From assembly GCA_003427395.1 (NCBI GenBank), contig BFEA01000032.1, positions 1,983,264-2,047,263 of the forward strand: 64,000 nucleotides of DNA, written 5' to 3'. The position numbers and the translations under genes were made by a program. Under the pieces are notes generated by a model. It was given only the letters and a program-made list of their open reading frames with translations, was not told where the DNA came from and ran no database searches. Below are positions 47,457 through 59,672 of the stretch, piece by piece. How positions within the stretch are numbered: position 1 is the first letter of the stretch; every line of letters begins with the position of its first letter. Origin of the DNA: Chara braunii (Eukaryota; Plantae; Charophyceae).

Positions 47457-48889
47457 TGAAGGGCACCACATATGACAGGATTGCCGACTACATATTTCGC
47501 AGGGAGAGCTATTGGAGGGATAATTGGCTACATGTGGTGTTTCCTCGCGTACCTTCAGCACCAGGGGGTGTACTCTTCGACTTTGATGGGTGTAACCCCA
47601 AGCCCCTCAGTGAGTCTCGCAGCAAGGAGAAGAGGCGGAAGGACAACCGGATTAGGAGGGAGATAGCCAGATCCGGGGTCCCGATCACTACATGCGTACA
47701 GAGATCGAAGACGGACGAGTCCGACCAGGAGCCCTGCTGCGTGAGCGACGTTGATCTTGGCGACTACTTCGACTGGGACACTCACAGGGACTGATTCCGT
47801 GGACAGTAGCAGGCGCGCTGGAGACCAATGAGCGGAGACGACGGAGAGCGACATTGAGGAGGATTGAATATCTTCTTGCACGATATCTGCTCGAGGGCGA
47901 CTGATTTCTACATGTCAGACGACCATAGGACCGATGCAGTTATTGGTCCCCCAAGAGGGGAAGGTCCGGTCCCATATCTCGGAGATGGCTATAGTAATTT
48001 GGTCGGGGCTGACTTTGCTATGCAGGTTTTTCAGAAGCCTCTTTACGGAGATCGTTTCCTTGAGGTTTCTTACGTCTACGCTGACAGGAGAGGACGGATT
48101 GAGATATTGATTGGAGCTACAGACAATATTACCCTTGCAGAGGAGCTTTACCTCAGGAGCGTTGCGGACGAGGAGATGGCTAAGTGCATGACCTATATTT
48201 GCAAGATTGATCCAACAGCGCCTCTTGATATCAGCTATGTGGTTTCAGAGTCGATAGCCACACGGGTTCTCAATGACGAGGAGGACCAGCGAGTACCAGA
48301 TATGGAGTCCCAGTCAACAGTTCTTACTCTCGAGGGGATACCACTTATCATCATTGATTGAGGTTGTCTCAATTCAGTCACTATGATGTATTACGACATT
48401 ATTATTATTTATTAGTGAGTGCAGCCCTCCGATGGTTGCTCCCTACATACACTTCGTACTATTCTTCAGTCTCGTATCTCTGGTCATGCTCTTGCAGAGT
48501 CTGGTTTCTTGTCTTCTCATTCTATCTATGCCGATTGCTCTATGATATATGTATGTTATTTTCCTCCTTATGATACACAGGTTACACTCAAGGCAGTTTG
48601 AAGGACTCCTTGATGATAGGGACTCCGGTGACCTTGAATCTAACCTTTATACGGGGTCACGTGCAGGCAATAAACCCGAACGCCTCACTCTAAGCCGTGT
48701 CGCCGCTGGCAAGAGGGATAACCCTGACTACTCGGCTGTATAACGAAGTGTGACAAAGACTGCCCCTGAATACACTTTTATTCTATACCTATAAAAATCA
48801 TGCGTGACAGTCTGCCAGTCCACCAAACCACTGAGCTCGGTCCGGGGAAGAACATCTAACCAGACTCTTGAAGCAGTGGGGGCGCGACA
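47457..48889 (+). repeat. LTR (type Y), copy 2 (3' LTR)
   Basis: Collinear with 38188-39620, same length, ends GGCGCGACA, followed by unrelated MITE sequence. Confidence 0.9.
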
Positions 48890-48933
48890 CCGTACATTCA
48901 GGCGTTCGGGTTGTCCCGAACGCCAGCAACCCT

Positions 48934-49025
<92 letters not shown>

Positions 49026-49150
49026 NNNNNNNNNNNNNNNNNNNNNNNNNNNNNNNNNNNNNNNNNNNNNNNNNNNNNNNNNNNNNNNNNNNNNNNNNNN
49101 NNNNNNNNNNNNNNNNNNNNNNNNNNNNNNNNNNNNNNNNNNNNNNNNNN

Positions 49151-49235
<85 letters not shown>

Positions 49236-50670
49236 GGTTGCTGGCTTATTTTCAAACAATTCCGAAAAACAAACACGTTATGCAGAAACCTAAACTTAAC
49301 AACATTTGTCTGGGCACAACATCCAAATTTTTCACCAAATTTGAATTAAAAATGAAATACTGAAAATAAACACTGTGATAAAAATAAGAAAAAATAAAAA
49401 GAGAATTAAAATGAGTAAGTGTGTCAGCACTTTTTCAACACCGCCATGTTTGTCGATTTTTAATTATTTTTTGGCATTCACAAATGCCCTGGAAATTTAT
49501 AGATATGTAGTTTGCATAATGAATAACTGACTAATGTTTTTTCAAGAAATAATAAAATCTTTGAGGTCTCAAAATAAAGTGAAAACAAAAAGTTAAAAGT
49601 GAATAAAAAAAAACATAGTGAGTGGGCGAGCACGATTTGACACCCCCATCTTTGGCGATTTTTAATGTTTTTTTGGCTAAGCAGAATGACTTCAAAATTT
49701 ATAGGCGTGTAGGCTAAATCATACAGAACTCACAAAAACAAATTCAGAAAAAAAAACTTATCTTAAGGTTTTGAACAAAATTTTGGCGGGAGCCAAACCT
49801 GGAGGTGTTCGGCCCTCGAACGGGACCTCGAACGCCCGAACGTTCGGGGGCCAGCCCCGGGGCCCCCGAACGTTCGGTCAGGTAACCCTGTATATATATA
49901 TATATATATACAAGGTAGCCGGAGTTCGGGACGGGCCGAACGCCCGAACCCGAACGCCCGAACCCGAACGCCCGAACTCGAACGCCCGAACGTATGGGAC
50001 CCTCTGGGGATGCGTTCGGCGGTTCGGGCCGAACCCGGACCCACAAAAAAAAAAAACAAAAACAAATAGTCATCACAAAAATTTGAAACAAATATATGTT
50101 ATGAAGAAAAATAAATTAAACAAGATTTGCCTGAGCATTACATCCGAATTCCTAACCAAATTTGAAATACAAATAAAATACGGAGAACAAATACTAGTAA
50201 TAAAAATAAATAAAAATAAAAAGAGAATTAAATTACGTGAGTGCGCGAACATGTTTTCGACACTGCCATCTTTGGCGATTTTTCAATTTTTGTTGGCATA
50301 GCTAAATGCCCTGAAAATTTACATGTGTGTACTCCACATAATACCAAACCCACTAAAAAAGTTTCAAGAAATAATAAAATTGTTTAGACCTTGAACTAAA
50401 GTGAAAACAAAAAGTAAAAAATGAAACAATACGTGGGCGAACACGTTTTGACACCGCCATCTTTGGCGATTTTTTATTCTTATTTGGCTTAGCCAAATGA
50501 CTAGAACATTTATATGCATGTACCTCACGTCATAGAGAACTCACAGAAAACAATTCAGAAAAAAATTATTATGTTCGGGCCCCTAAATAATTTTTGGCGG
50601 GGGCCGAACGCCGTCGGGTTCGGACCCCGTACGGGATCCCGAACGCCCGTACGTACGGAGGTCTGCCCGA

Positions 50671-50764
<94 letters not shown>

Positions 50765-50814
50765 NNNNNNNNNNNNNNNNNNNNNNNNNNNNNNNNNNNN
50801 NNNNNNNNNNNNNN

Positions 50815-50882
<68 letters not shown>

Positions 50883-51646
50883 GGTTACCAGCTCGTACGT
50901 ACGGAGGCCCCCAGGCGGACCTCCGTACGTTCGGGCGTTCAGGGTCTCGTATGGGTCCCGAACACGACGGCATTCGTCCCCCGCCAAAAATTATTCCGGG
51001 GCCTAAAAATATTGTTTTTTTTTTGAATTGTTTTTTTCGAGTTCTCTATGACGTGAGGTACATGCCTAAAAATTTTCAAGTCATTTGGCTTAGCCAAATA
51101 AGAATGAAAAATCGTTAAAGACGGCGGTGTCAAAACGTGCTCGCCCATGTTTGTTTTCATTTTTTACTTTTTGTTTTCACTTTAGTTCCGTGTCTAAACA
51201 ATTTTATTATTTCTTGAAACTTTTTTAGTGGGTTTTGTATTGTGTGAAGTACACATCTGTACATTTTCAAGGCATTTAGCTATGCCAAAAAAAAATAAAA
51301 AATCGCCAAAGATGGGGTGTCGAAAACATGCTCGTGCACTCACTAAATTTAATTCTCTTTTTATTTTTACTTATTTTTATTATTAGTATTTGGTTTTCTT
51401 ATTTTATTTTTATTTCAATTTCGGTAATAAATTCGGATGTAATGCTCGGGCAAATCTTGTTTAATTTGTTTTTCTCCATGACATATATTTTTTTCAGATG
51501 TTTTTGATGACTTTTTTTGTTTTTTGTTTTTTTTGGGTCCACGTTCGGCCCGAACGGCCGAACGCATCCCCAAGGGGTCCAATACGTTCGGGGGTTCGGG
51601 TTCGGGCGTTCGGGCCATCCCGAACGCCGGTCACCCTCTATATATA

Positions 51647-51690
51647 TTCAGCCTCCTGATGAGTCGGTGAAACACCGACGAAACAGTTTG
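51647..51690 (+). ncRNA. Hammerhead ribozyme core (type III family; 5' strands lost)
   Basis: GCCTC-CTGATGA-GTCGGTG-AAA-CACCGAC-GAAA-CAGTTTG: intact CUGAUGA and GAAA boxes around a perfect 7-bp stem II. Confidence 0.75.
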
Positions 51691-52409
51691 TCACAACCCC
51701 TCGTTTGTTGTCCTCTTATCTCTCTCTGCCTACGGTTTACCGGGCAGTTCTGTTTGTGACGATACATATATATATATATATACGGTCACCAATCAGTACG
51801 TACGAAGGTCCCCGGCCAGACCTCCGTACATACGGGCGTTCGAGGTCCCGTATGGGGTCTGAACCTGACGGCGTTCGGCCCCCGCCAAAACTTATTTCGG
51901 GGCCTAAAATATTTATTTTTCTTCGAATTTATTTTTGTGAGTTTTCTATGACGTGAGGTACATGCCTGTAAATTTTCATATCATTTGGCTAAGCCAAATA
52001 AGAATTAAAATTCGCCAAAGATGGTGGTGTCAAAACATGCTCGCCCACGTATTGTTTCACTTTTTACTTTTTGTTTCCACTTTAGTTCAGGGTCTACACA
52101 ATTTTATTATTTCTTGAAACTTTTTTAGTGGGTTTTTTATTATGTGAAGTACACATTTGTAATTTTCAGGGCATTTAGCTTTGGCCAAGAAAAATTAAAA
52201 ATCACCAAAGATGGCGGTGTCGAAAACATGCTCGCACACTCACTAAGTTTAGTTCTCTTTTTATTTTTATTTATTTTTATTATTAGTATTTATTTTTCGT
52301 ATTCTATTTTTATTTCAAATTTGGTAAGGGATTCGGATATAATGCTCAGGCAAATCATGTTTAATTTATTTTTCTCCATAACATATCGTTTTTTCAGATT
52401 TTGATTGAT

Positions 52410-52446
<37 letters not shown>

Positions 52447-52831
52447 CCGGATACGCGTTCGGCCCGAACGGTCGAATGCATCCCCAAGGGGTCCCATACG
52501 TTTGGGCGTTCGGGTTCGGGCGTTCGGCCCGTCCTGAGCGCCGTTTACCCATAATTTTGTGAATTGTGGATAAACTCCTAATTTTTTTATTTTTTTTAAG
52601 AGAAACTAAAATCCTTCAGAGATGTATATGTATACATATATATAGAAATGCACCACTCCAGCAACACAGGAGTGTATGAGTACTTAGCACTGAACCACAA
52701 AAAAATTAACAACCTTGTATCTTTTACTTATTGTTTATTTATGTTATGTTCATTTTGTTAATGACTTCTTATGATTTTTTGGTCCAATCAGAAAGAGGGT
52801 TTCAAGTTGATTAAAAATACACACACACATA

Positions 52832-52887
52832 CATAAAGTTGAGTTTTAACGTCCTGATGAGTTAAGGAAAGATCGATGAAACAATCT
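52832..52887 (+). ncRNA. Degenerate hammerhead copy
   Basis: CATAAAGT-T-GAGTT-TTA-ACGTC-CTGATGA-GTTAAGG-AAA-GATCGAT-GAAA-CAATCT: spacing identical to the family consensus, stems decayed. Confidence 0.5.
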
Positions 52888-54051
52888 AACATAGTCATGC
52901 TTTATTTGTGATATTGTGTATCACGGACATTACTACACACAAATTGAGTCGGTGTATTCAAGCTGAGTTGATATGTACAAGCTGAGTGGATGTTAAAGTG
53001 AAATTTATGACACTGGAGTCATATTAATTTTATAAAATTTAGACGTATGTTAACCATGGTGGATGTCATATTGTTTTGAAAATAATCTGTAAATTTTACA
53101 GAGCGATTTATGTTTTTGTCAACAAATAACTTATAGCAAAAATAAATAATATGTCATTGAATACGTTGATATTATCCCCACACCATTTTTTTGTTTCAAT
53201 CAAAAAACATAAAAGGTTTTTTTATATTCAATAAAATATTGTAGTTACCATCAGGGTCACCAGCCCGTTCGTATGGGCGTTCGGGGTCCCGTTCAGGGTC
53301 CGAACCTGACGGCGTTCGCCCCCCGCCAAAAAATATTTTGAAGCTTCAAAATAAGTTTTTTTTTTTTTTTTTTTCTCTATAATGTGAGCTATATGCCTGT
53401 AAATTTCGAATTCATTTTGCTTCGTCAAACAAAAATTAAAAATCACCAAATATGGCGGTGACAAAACGTGTTCGCCCACATACTATTTTTTTTTTTCCCA
53501 CTTTTTACTTATTGTTTTCACTTTATTGCGGAACCTCAATAATTTTGTTATTTAAAAAAAATATATATTGAGTTTTATATTATGTGAAGTACACATCTGT
53601 AAATTTTTATAACATTTGGTTGTGAAAAAAAAAAAAAAATCGTCAAAGATGGCGGTGTTGAAAACATGCTCACTCGCTCGCTCACCCCCTAATTTTAATT
53701 ATCTTTTCAAAAGAGCATTGCAAGTATAAAAATAAGTAATAAGCCCCAGAAAAGACTAGTATGAAGTATTTATATATACATAGCGGCTGACTACTTCGAT
53801 ATTTGCACGTCAATGGGAGTCGTGACTAACTCTCAGAGAATATGTCGACGAGGGCGCAAGACTTCGTGTGTCCTCTTACGCATGGCGCACCATGTTTTTT
53901 ATGCACCTAACGTATTGGGACATCCTGACAATTATATACCTGCAAATTCATTTTTTTTATTTTTTTTATTAGTTTTATTTTTTGTATTTTATTTTTATTT
54001 TAAATTTTGTAAGAAATTTGAATGTTATGTTCAAGTAAATGTTGTTTATTG

Positions 54052-54408
54052 TTGATTGATTGGCTGGGGCCGGGGGGGACTTGTTGGGGGAGGGGACCCC
54101 ACCCCAATCAATCAATAATATTACATTAAACCACCGCTACCTTTCTCAGTGTTGGAAAAAACGGAAATATGCACCACACTGCATTTTTTGCGGGTGTGGA
54201 AGAGGCTTGGGCAAAATAAAAAAGTTCATCTAAAATTTTTTATTTTGCCCAAGCCTCTTCCACAACCGCAAAAAATGCAGTGTGGTGCATATTTTCGTTT
54301 TTTCCAACACTGAGAAAGGTAGCGGTGGTTTAATGTAATATTATTGATTGATTGGGGTGGGGTCCCCTGCCCCAACAAGCCCCCCCCCGCCCACAGCCAA
54401 TCAATCAA
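54052..54408. repeat. Near-perfect ~175-bp-arm palindrome (foldback/MITE-like)
   Basis: Left arm ...AATATTACATTAAACCACCGCTACCTTTCTCAGTGTTGG...GGCAAAATAAAAAA is the reverse complement of the right arm, centre ~54229, flanked by (AATC)n. A third partial arm lies at ~55630-55745. Confidence 0.93.
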
Positions 54409-56099
54409 TCAATCAATCAATCAATGTCCTGTTGTTGTTTTATGCTTTTATGCACTTGAGGCATTTTCAATCTTCATTGTACAGATTGTTGGTATAAGCT
54501 CAACAAGGTCATCGAGGATGTGTTTATTTCAAGAAAGAGGTGCGGAACGTATAAAGAAGTAGTTCTTGAACATGGTTTGTGCAATGACTTCATAGTGTAA
54601 GAATTGCATACAATGTTTTTACATTACACATGACAAATCATACTCGATAAGGAAAATAAAAAATAGGATTTGAAAATATGATTCACCAAAGGTCTTACAT
54701 GAGTTTGTATATCTTGTCAAGAGTAAGGAGAAAGTCGGCAAAAGAAAAATAAAAAAACAAAATGATTTTAGCAAAGTTTAATAAAAAGCAAATTTACATT
54801 CTCATCAATCAATAAGAGACAAGGTTGTCAACCAATAATACTAAAAGCGATGAAGCAGAAAATTTAAACCTCCATATCAATTTTTTTTATAACAAGTACG
54901 AAAAAAAAAGTTACAATGCCTCAGTAAGAAAAATCAATTTTACTTTCAAAGGTAGTTAATATTTTTTTGAACTTCTTAAACCACCACTAGCTTCGAGCCT
55001 GTTTTTGCCGACCCTAATTTTCATTGCTCGCCGAATTTTGTCACGTCTGGGTTCCATGATGCTTTTCTTGTGGTACTCTTCGAAAAAATGATTAAAAAAA
55101 AAACATAGTCAGACTTTCAAAAAATAATAAGTCCACCCCTCCCAAAGAAAAAGAACAAGCACCGAGTTGCAACGACGTGCTATATCAACATAAGGAAAAA
55201 AAATGAAAAAAACAACACCCCTTTGGATGTGATACCAGGTGGATACGTGCCCTAGAGTAGTAGTGTGAGTATGCCCTCAATGAGCGTGTTACCACAGGGG
55301 TGTGAGATCCACAAATGAAAAAAAAAAAAAGGAAAAAAAAAATAAAATTGGACTTAGGCAGGTAAAGCGCGTTCATATATTCTGCAAAGTAGTAATATGG
55401 GTAGGCCCTCCTCGACATAACTGTCAGGAGCTCGTGACTGTTGCCTCACTGGCAGGGCATAAAAAAACACAAACGACAAAAAAATGAAACTGAGCACAAT
55501 AGCTATTAGATACTTCCATAGGAGTTTTGGTGTGAGCACAACTCTTTCACGACCCTGACATTTTGCCTCATCTTGCAGTCTCCTTTTTTTTTTTTTTTTT
55601 TAGTTTTCAAATGTGTCTATAGGACCTAAACTTTTTTATTTTGCCCAAGCCTCTTCCACACCCTCAAAAAATGCAGTGTGGTGCATATTCCCATTTTTTC
55701 CAACACTGAGAAAGGTAACGCTGGTTTAATGTAATATTATTGATGGGGTAACTAGGGCGCTGTCACGATAATAGTTTAAAAATGCATTCGAAACACCATT
55801 TTCGCAATTCAATCACGGTCCGACTTCAACATTCAGTTGAAACTCAGGCCGCCGCACAGGCAAAAAAACAAGGTTTCTTTAGCAGTTGAGTCATGCCACG
55901 TAGGCTAGTACAGCCCCGACCGTGGGTGCTGTGGGAACCGGTACTTTTGGAAGTGGAGTGCCATTTTTTTTTGTGTTACCGTTACCGAAGGGGCCTGGGC
56001 TGCAATCTAGTGGACACCGGGTTGGAGGTGGCAAGCAGAACGGTCAACTCGAACCCGGTAAGTTTTTCCCGCCATTCCCGCCATGCCTCTGTCTCGCAC

Positions 56100-56126
56100 A
56101 CACGGAATCCATGGCGCCAAGTAGCC

Positions 56127-56174
<48 letters not shown>

Positions 56175-56281
56175 CGCGCGCGCGCGCAAACGTCCGCCAT
56201 CCCCTTCCCCCCCTTGCCGTTGTGCAAGAATGCATCGCGTGGTGGCGCCATGGGGCGGGTGGACGCGCGCGCGAGAGAGAT

Positions 56282-56340
<59 letters not shown>

Positions 56341-56565
56341 GTGGAAACGACGGTGCCTGAGTGTGCTTCTGCCGGCGCCATGGACTCCACGTGAGAGAGA
56401 GAGAGAGAAAAAAAAAAAAAAAAGGTGAAAACGGCGATGCCCGAGTGTGCTTCTGTCGGCGCCATGGACTCCACGTGAGAGAGAGAGAGAGAGGAGGGTT
56501 GAAACGACGGTGCCCGGGTGGGCTTCTGCCGGTGCCATGGACTCGGCGCGCGCGCGCGCACGCAC

Positions 56566-56640
<75 letters not shown>

Positions 56641-56720
56641 CCATAGTCGGCTTCTGCCGGCGCCATCGGTTCCGTGTGTGTGTGTGCGCGCGCGCACACA
56701 AGAGAGAGAGAGAGAGAGGT
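56100..56720. repeat. (GA)n-interspersed minisatellite
   Basis: GCTTCTGCCGGCGCCATGGACTC-type units alternating with (GA)n, (CT)n and (GC)n tracts. Confidence 0.85.
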
Positions 56721-57906
56721 CGTGGCCCGACGAAGCAGTGGACGTGATGGCAACACCCCGCTGACTCCATCTGTTTCATTCCGGAAAGGAGTCCCCGTCG
56801 GGAACGTGAGACACCAGGTCCGAGGAAGGGGAGGGAGGGAGGGANNNNNNNNNNNNNNNNNNNNNNNNNNNNNNNNNNNNNNNNNNNNNNNNNNNNNNNN
56901 NNNNNNNNNNNNNNNNNNNNNNNNNNNNNNNNNNNNNNNNNNNNNNNNNNNNNNNNNNNNNNNNNNNNNNNNNNNNNNNNNNNNNNNNNNNNNNNNNNNN
57001 NNNNNNNNNNNNNNNNNNNNNNNNNNNNNNNNNNNNNNNNNNNNNNNNNNNNNNNNNNNNNCCATGAAACCTAGGCTACCAGCCAGGCTGCTCGGGTCCC
57101 GGGTGGCCGCGGCCCGTGCAAGGACCAAGGAAGGTCCCAGCAAAATAAAAAATAAAAAATCCAGAAAATCCCAAACCAAAGTATGTTATGTAGAAAAATA
57201 AACTGAACAACTTTTGCACATCGAAATTCTTCAAAAACAAAAAAACAAATCAAAAATAATTATTTATTTTTATTTTTTTGGCCCGGCCGGGCAAGTGACC
57301 CCGGGCCACTCTGGTAGCCTAGCATAAAACAGAAATAAATTATAAATATATGTTATGCAGAAAAAGAAAACAAAAAACATTTGGAGGGACTGTTTGTCGA
57401 GCACCTCATTTTGACATTGAATATCCGACCAGCAAAGTTGCGCGGTGAAATCGTAGGCAGGGAGGGAGAATATATATGCATGTATGTATCCATATAAATA
57501 TATATATATATAATATGCATATATACATATCAATATATTTATGAGTGTCAGGCTACCAGAAAGGCCCTGGACCACTTGGTACGCCGGAAGAAAACAAAAT
57601 TAGAAAATCCAAAAATAAAATTGTTCTTTTATGTTGTTTTTTATTTTGAATTTCACAAAGAATTTATTTTATTTTGTTTTTTTTGTAAAAGGGTCACGGT
57701 CTTGAGATGTCATCATTGAGCTGATCGGACCCATACAATTCATAATATGTGGTTTTACTCATCAAGTTCCATCTTCTGGGTTCGAACACGGGTCTGTATT
57801 TCAACAGTTCAATGGTGTACCCACTGAGGTTGGCTTTTTGGTGTAAAGAATTTTGTATGTCACCCAAAGGTAAAAGTTGTTCAGTTTCTTTTTCTACAAA
57901 GCGTAA

Positions 57907-58173
57907 GTTTTTTGGAATCGCTTTCACCCGGATGTACGTTGTCCTTTCTGTGCCCAAGTACGTTATCAGAACTGCATGATGTCGTACTGTGACGAACGTC
58001 CTGCTGTTTTCTGGACATGTGGGCAACATGTCCTATGTAAGGATTGTTTCAATGTGATGGTTCGTGCTAGCCGTCCGGCTGAATGCTGTGGTAGCGCAAC
58101 CCTCCTTGGGTATCCCTGTGAACATCCCCGTCATCCTCACCGTAGTTGTCCTATCTGCCGAGGGGGTGACTGA
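57907..58173 (+). pseudogene. RING-finger (C3HC4-like) coding relic
   Basis: Stop-free frame VFWNRFHPDVRCPFCAQVRYQNCMMSYCDERPAVFWTCGQHVLCKDCF...CPICRGGD gives C-x4-C-x9-C-x2-H-x2-C-x2-C-x33-C-x2-C. Confidence 0.55.
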
Positions 58174-58534
58174 TATAGTTTAGAAGAAACAGACAAGAAA
58201 AGAAACCAAGTAAAAAAGTAAAATATAAACAAAAAAACAAAGCATAGAAAAATACAAAAAACAAAGAGACCTATGAAAAAAGAAAAAAGAAAAAAATGTT
58301 GTTCTGTGGGATGGTAATTGGATTATCTATGGGATGTGTCACTTGCTATGTCTGTTTAACAGGCTTTCTTCTTCTCTGAGGTTTGGTTTCCTCCGCCTTT
58401 TGTCTACCTCTGCGTATATATTATCCTCATTTTTATTGGAAGTCGGAAAACAGATCTGGCATCCTTTGACAAATTTCAGCGTATATACATAAAGGTGGAT
58501 TATCATTTACATTGTGACAGGTTAGGGGATTCTG

Positions 58535-58668
58535 CATAGTGTTGAGCGTTCAGCCTGCTCATGACTCCGTGAAACTGCGACGAAGCACTTTGTTACAACA
58601 CCTCGTTCGTTGTCATTTTCTCCCTCTCTACGTATGGTTTGCTGCTCTAGTCTGTTTGACGATATATA
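58535..58668 (+). ncRNA. Degenerate hammerhead-containing repeat copy
   Basis: CATAGTGT-T-GAGCGT-TCA-GCCTG-CTCATGA-CTCCGTG-AAA-CTGCGAC-GAAG-CACTTTG, plus a 3' tail homologous to 51690-51765. Confidence 0.55.
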
Positions 58669-59300
58669 CCACGACTTCAGACTTCAGTAGCACCCTGCTA
58701 CAGTTTTCTCCAGTCAGGTGAAGTGGCAGTGGTCGGGGCCTTCACTACACGACCATTTTGTGCCTCTGGTGCCAGTGGCGTGTGGAGTCTATTTTTTGGC
58801 TGTCACACACCATTCTTTGTTTCGTGGTTGTTTTGCTGGCTTGTGATGGGCTGTGAACGAACAATATGTACGCTTTCCCATCTGGTGTGGGTGAGTGATA
58901 GTCTGCTTTGATTTTCATAACAGCTACCTTTACGCCAGTGGTTGGTGCCCGTCTCAGGGTATCAGTTGTCGGTCAGTGGTTGAAGCTTAGCCACAACCGG
59001 GGTTAACGTGGATTGTCACTTGAGGTGTAATCATAAGACGATTCTGCAGACTGTTACGGGTTCGCTGCACACGATCGTCACACGACATCGTCGTTTGTAC
59101 GTGTTTGTTTGTACGTTTTGCGTGGACGCTTTCTTCCTTTCTTATAGGGTATCGATCAGTGCTTCTCCATGAAGTTTGGGTGCGTGATAGTGTCATTCCG
59201 GTGTTGTGACAACCGATTGCACCACAATTGCATAATGAATAGACATAACATAATTTTCGGGAGAGATTACAATAGGAGTACTGCATAATCTGGCCGTCGG

Positions 59301-59672
59301 GTGCACCGCAGTGTAGAAATTGCGGCAGAGAATGTGAGGGTCATGTTCAGCACGATAGTGAGGCAAAGAGATGCGCTACGGGATGAGGTCGAAGAACTTC
59401 AAGGAAGGATGAACGTGATGACGAAGATTGTTGAGCAAGAAAAAACGCATAACACGCGGTTGCGTAACAAGTTTGGAGAAGTATGCAGAGAGAATATGCG
59501 GTTACGTAAGGAAGCATCTGTTACGATCAATGCTAAAACACATTGCCATGGGGACGTTTGTGCCATGCATGCAAAAGAATCTTCACAAGTTACATCGCTT
59601 CATGATTCATCGAACAACAAACCGCTAGAAGTTAAGCACTTCAAAAAAGTGTCCTTCAAGAACACGCCGTAG
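59301..59672 (+). CDS. Hypothetical coiled-coil protein fragment
   Basis: Heptad-like RQRDALRDEVEELQGRMNVMTKIVEQEKTHNTRLRNKF; the frame continues as a Ser-rich tract after one TAG. No family recognised. Confidence 0.3.
   Translation: MHRSVEIAAENVRVMFSTIVRQRDALRDEVEELQGRMNVMTKIVEQEKTHNTRLRNKFGEVCRENMRLRKEASVTINAKTHCHGDVCAMHAKESSQVTSLHDSSNNKPLEVKHFKKVSFKNTP

Larger units (their letters stand above)
38188..48889 (+). mobile_element. Non-autonomous (gag/pol-less, LARD-like) LTR retroelement, ~10.7 kb
   Basis: 1433-bp direct repeats TG...CA (offset 9269 at both ends), PBS after the 5' LTR, PPT before the 3' LTR. No recognisable gag/pol in the 7.8-kb internal region. No TSD, because the 5' LTR is itself preceded by a PPT. 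Confidence 0.85.
48890..53700. mobile_element. Cluster of ~650-770-bp MITE-like elements, mostly separated by (TA)n
   Basis: Copies: 48890-48934 (tail), 49233-49890 (+), 49911-50672 (+), 50880-51638 (reverse), 51781-52552 (reverse), 53252-~53700 (reverse, truncated). Termini CAGGGTNRCC...GGTNACCCTG, CGAAC-rich subterminal repeats, shared AT-rich interior with GACACCGCCATCTTTGGCGATTTT twice. Confidence 0.88.

Noticed and set aside
48728-51118. YIYI-rich ORFs
   Set aside because: Translations of (TA)n and gaps.
55893-57201. RE/SL-repeat ORFs
   Set aside because: Translations of (GA)n/(CT)n microsatellites.
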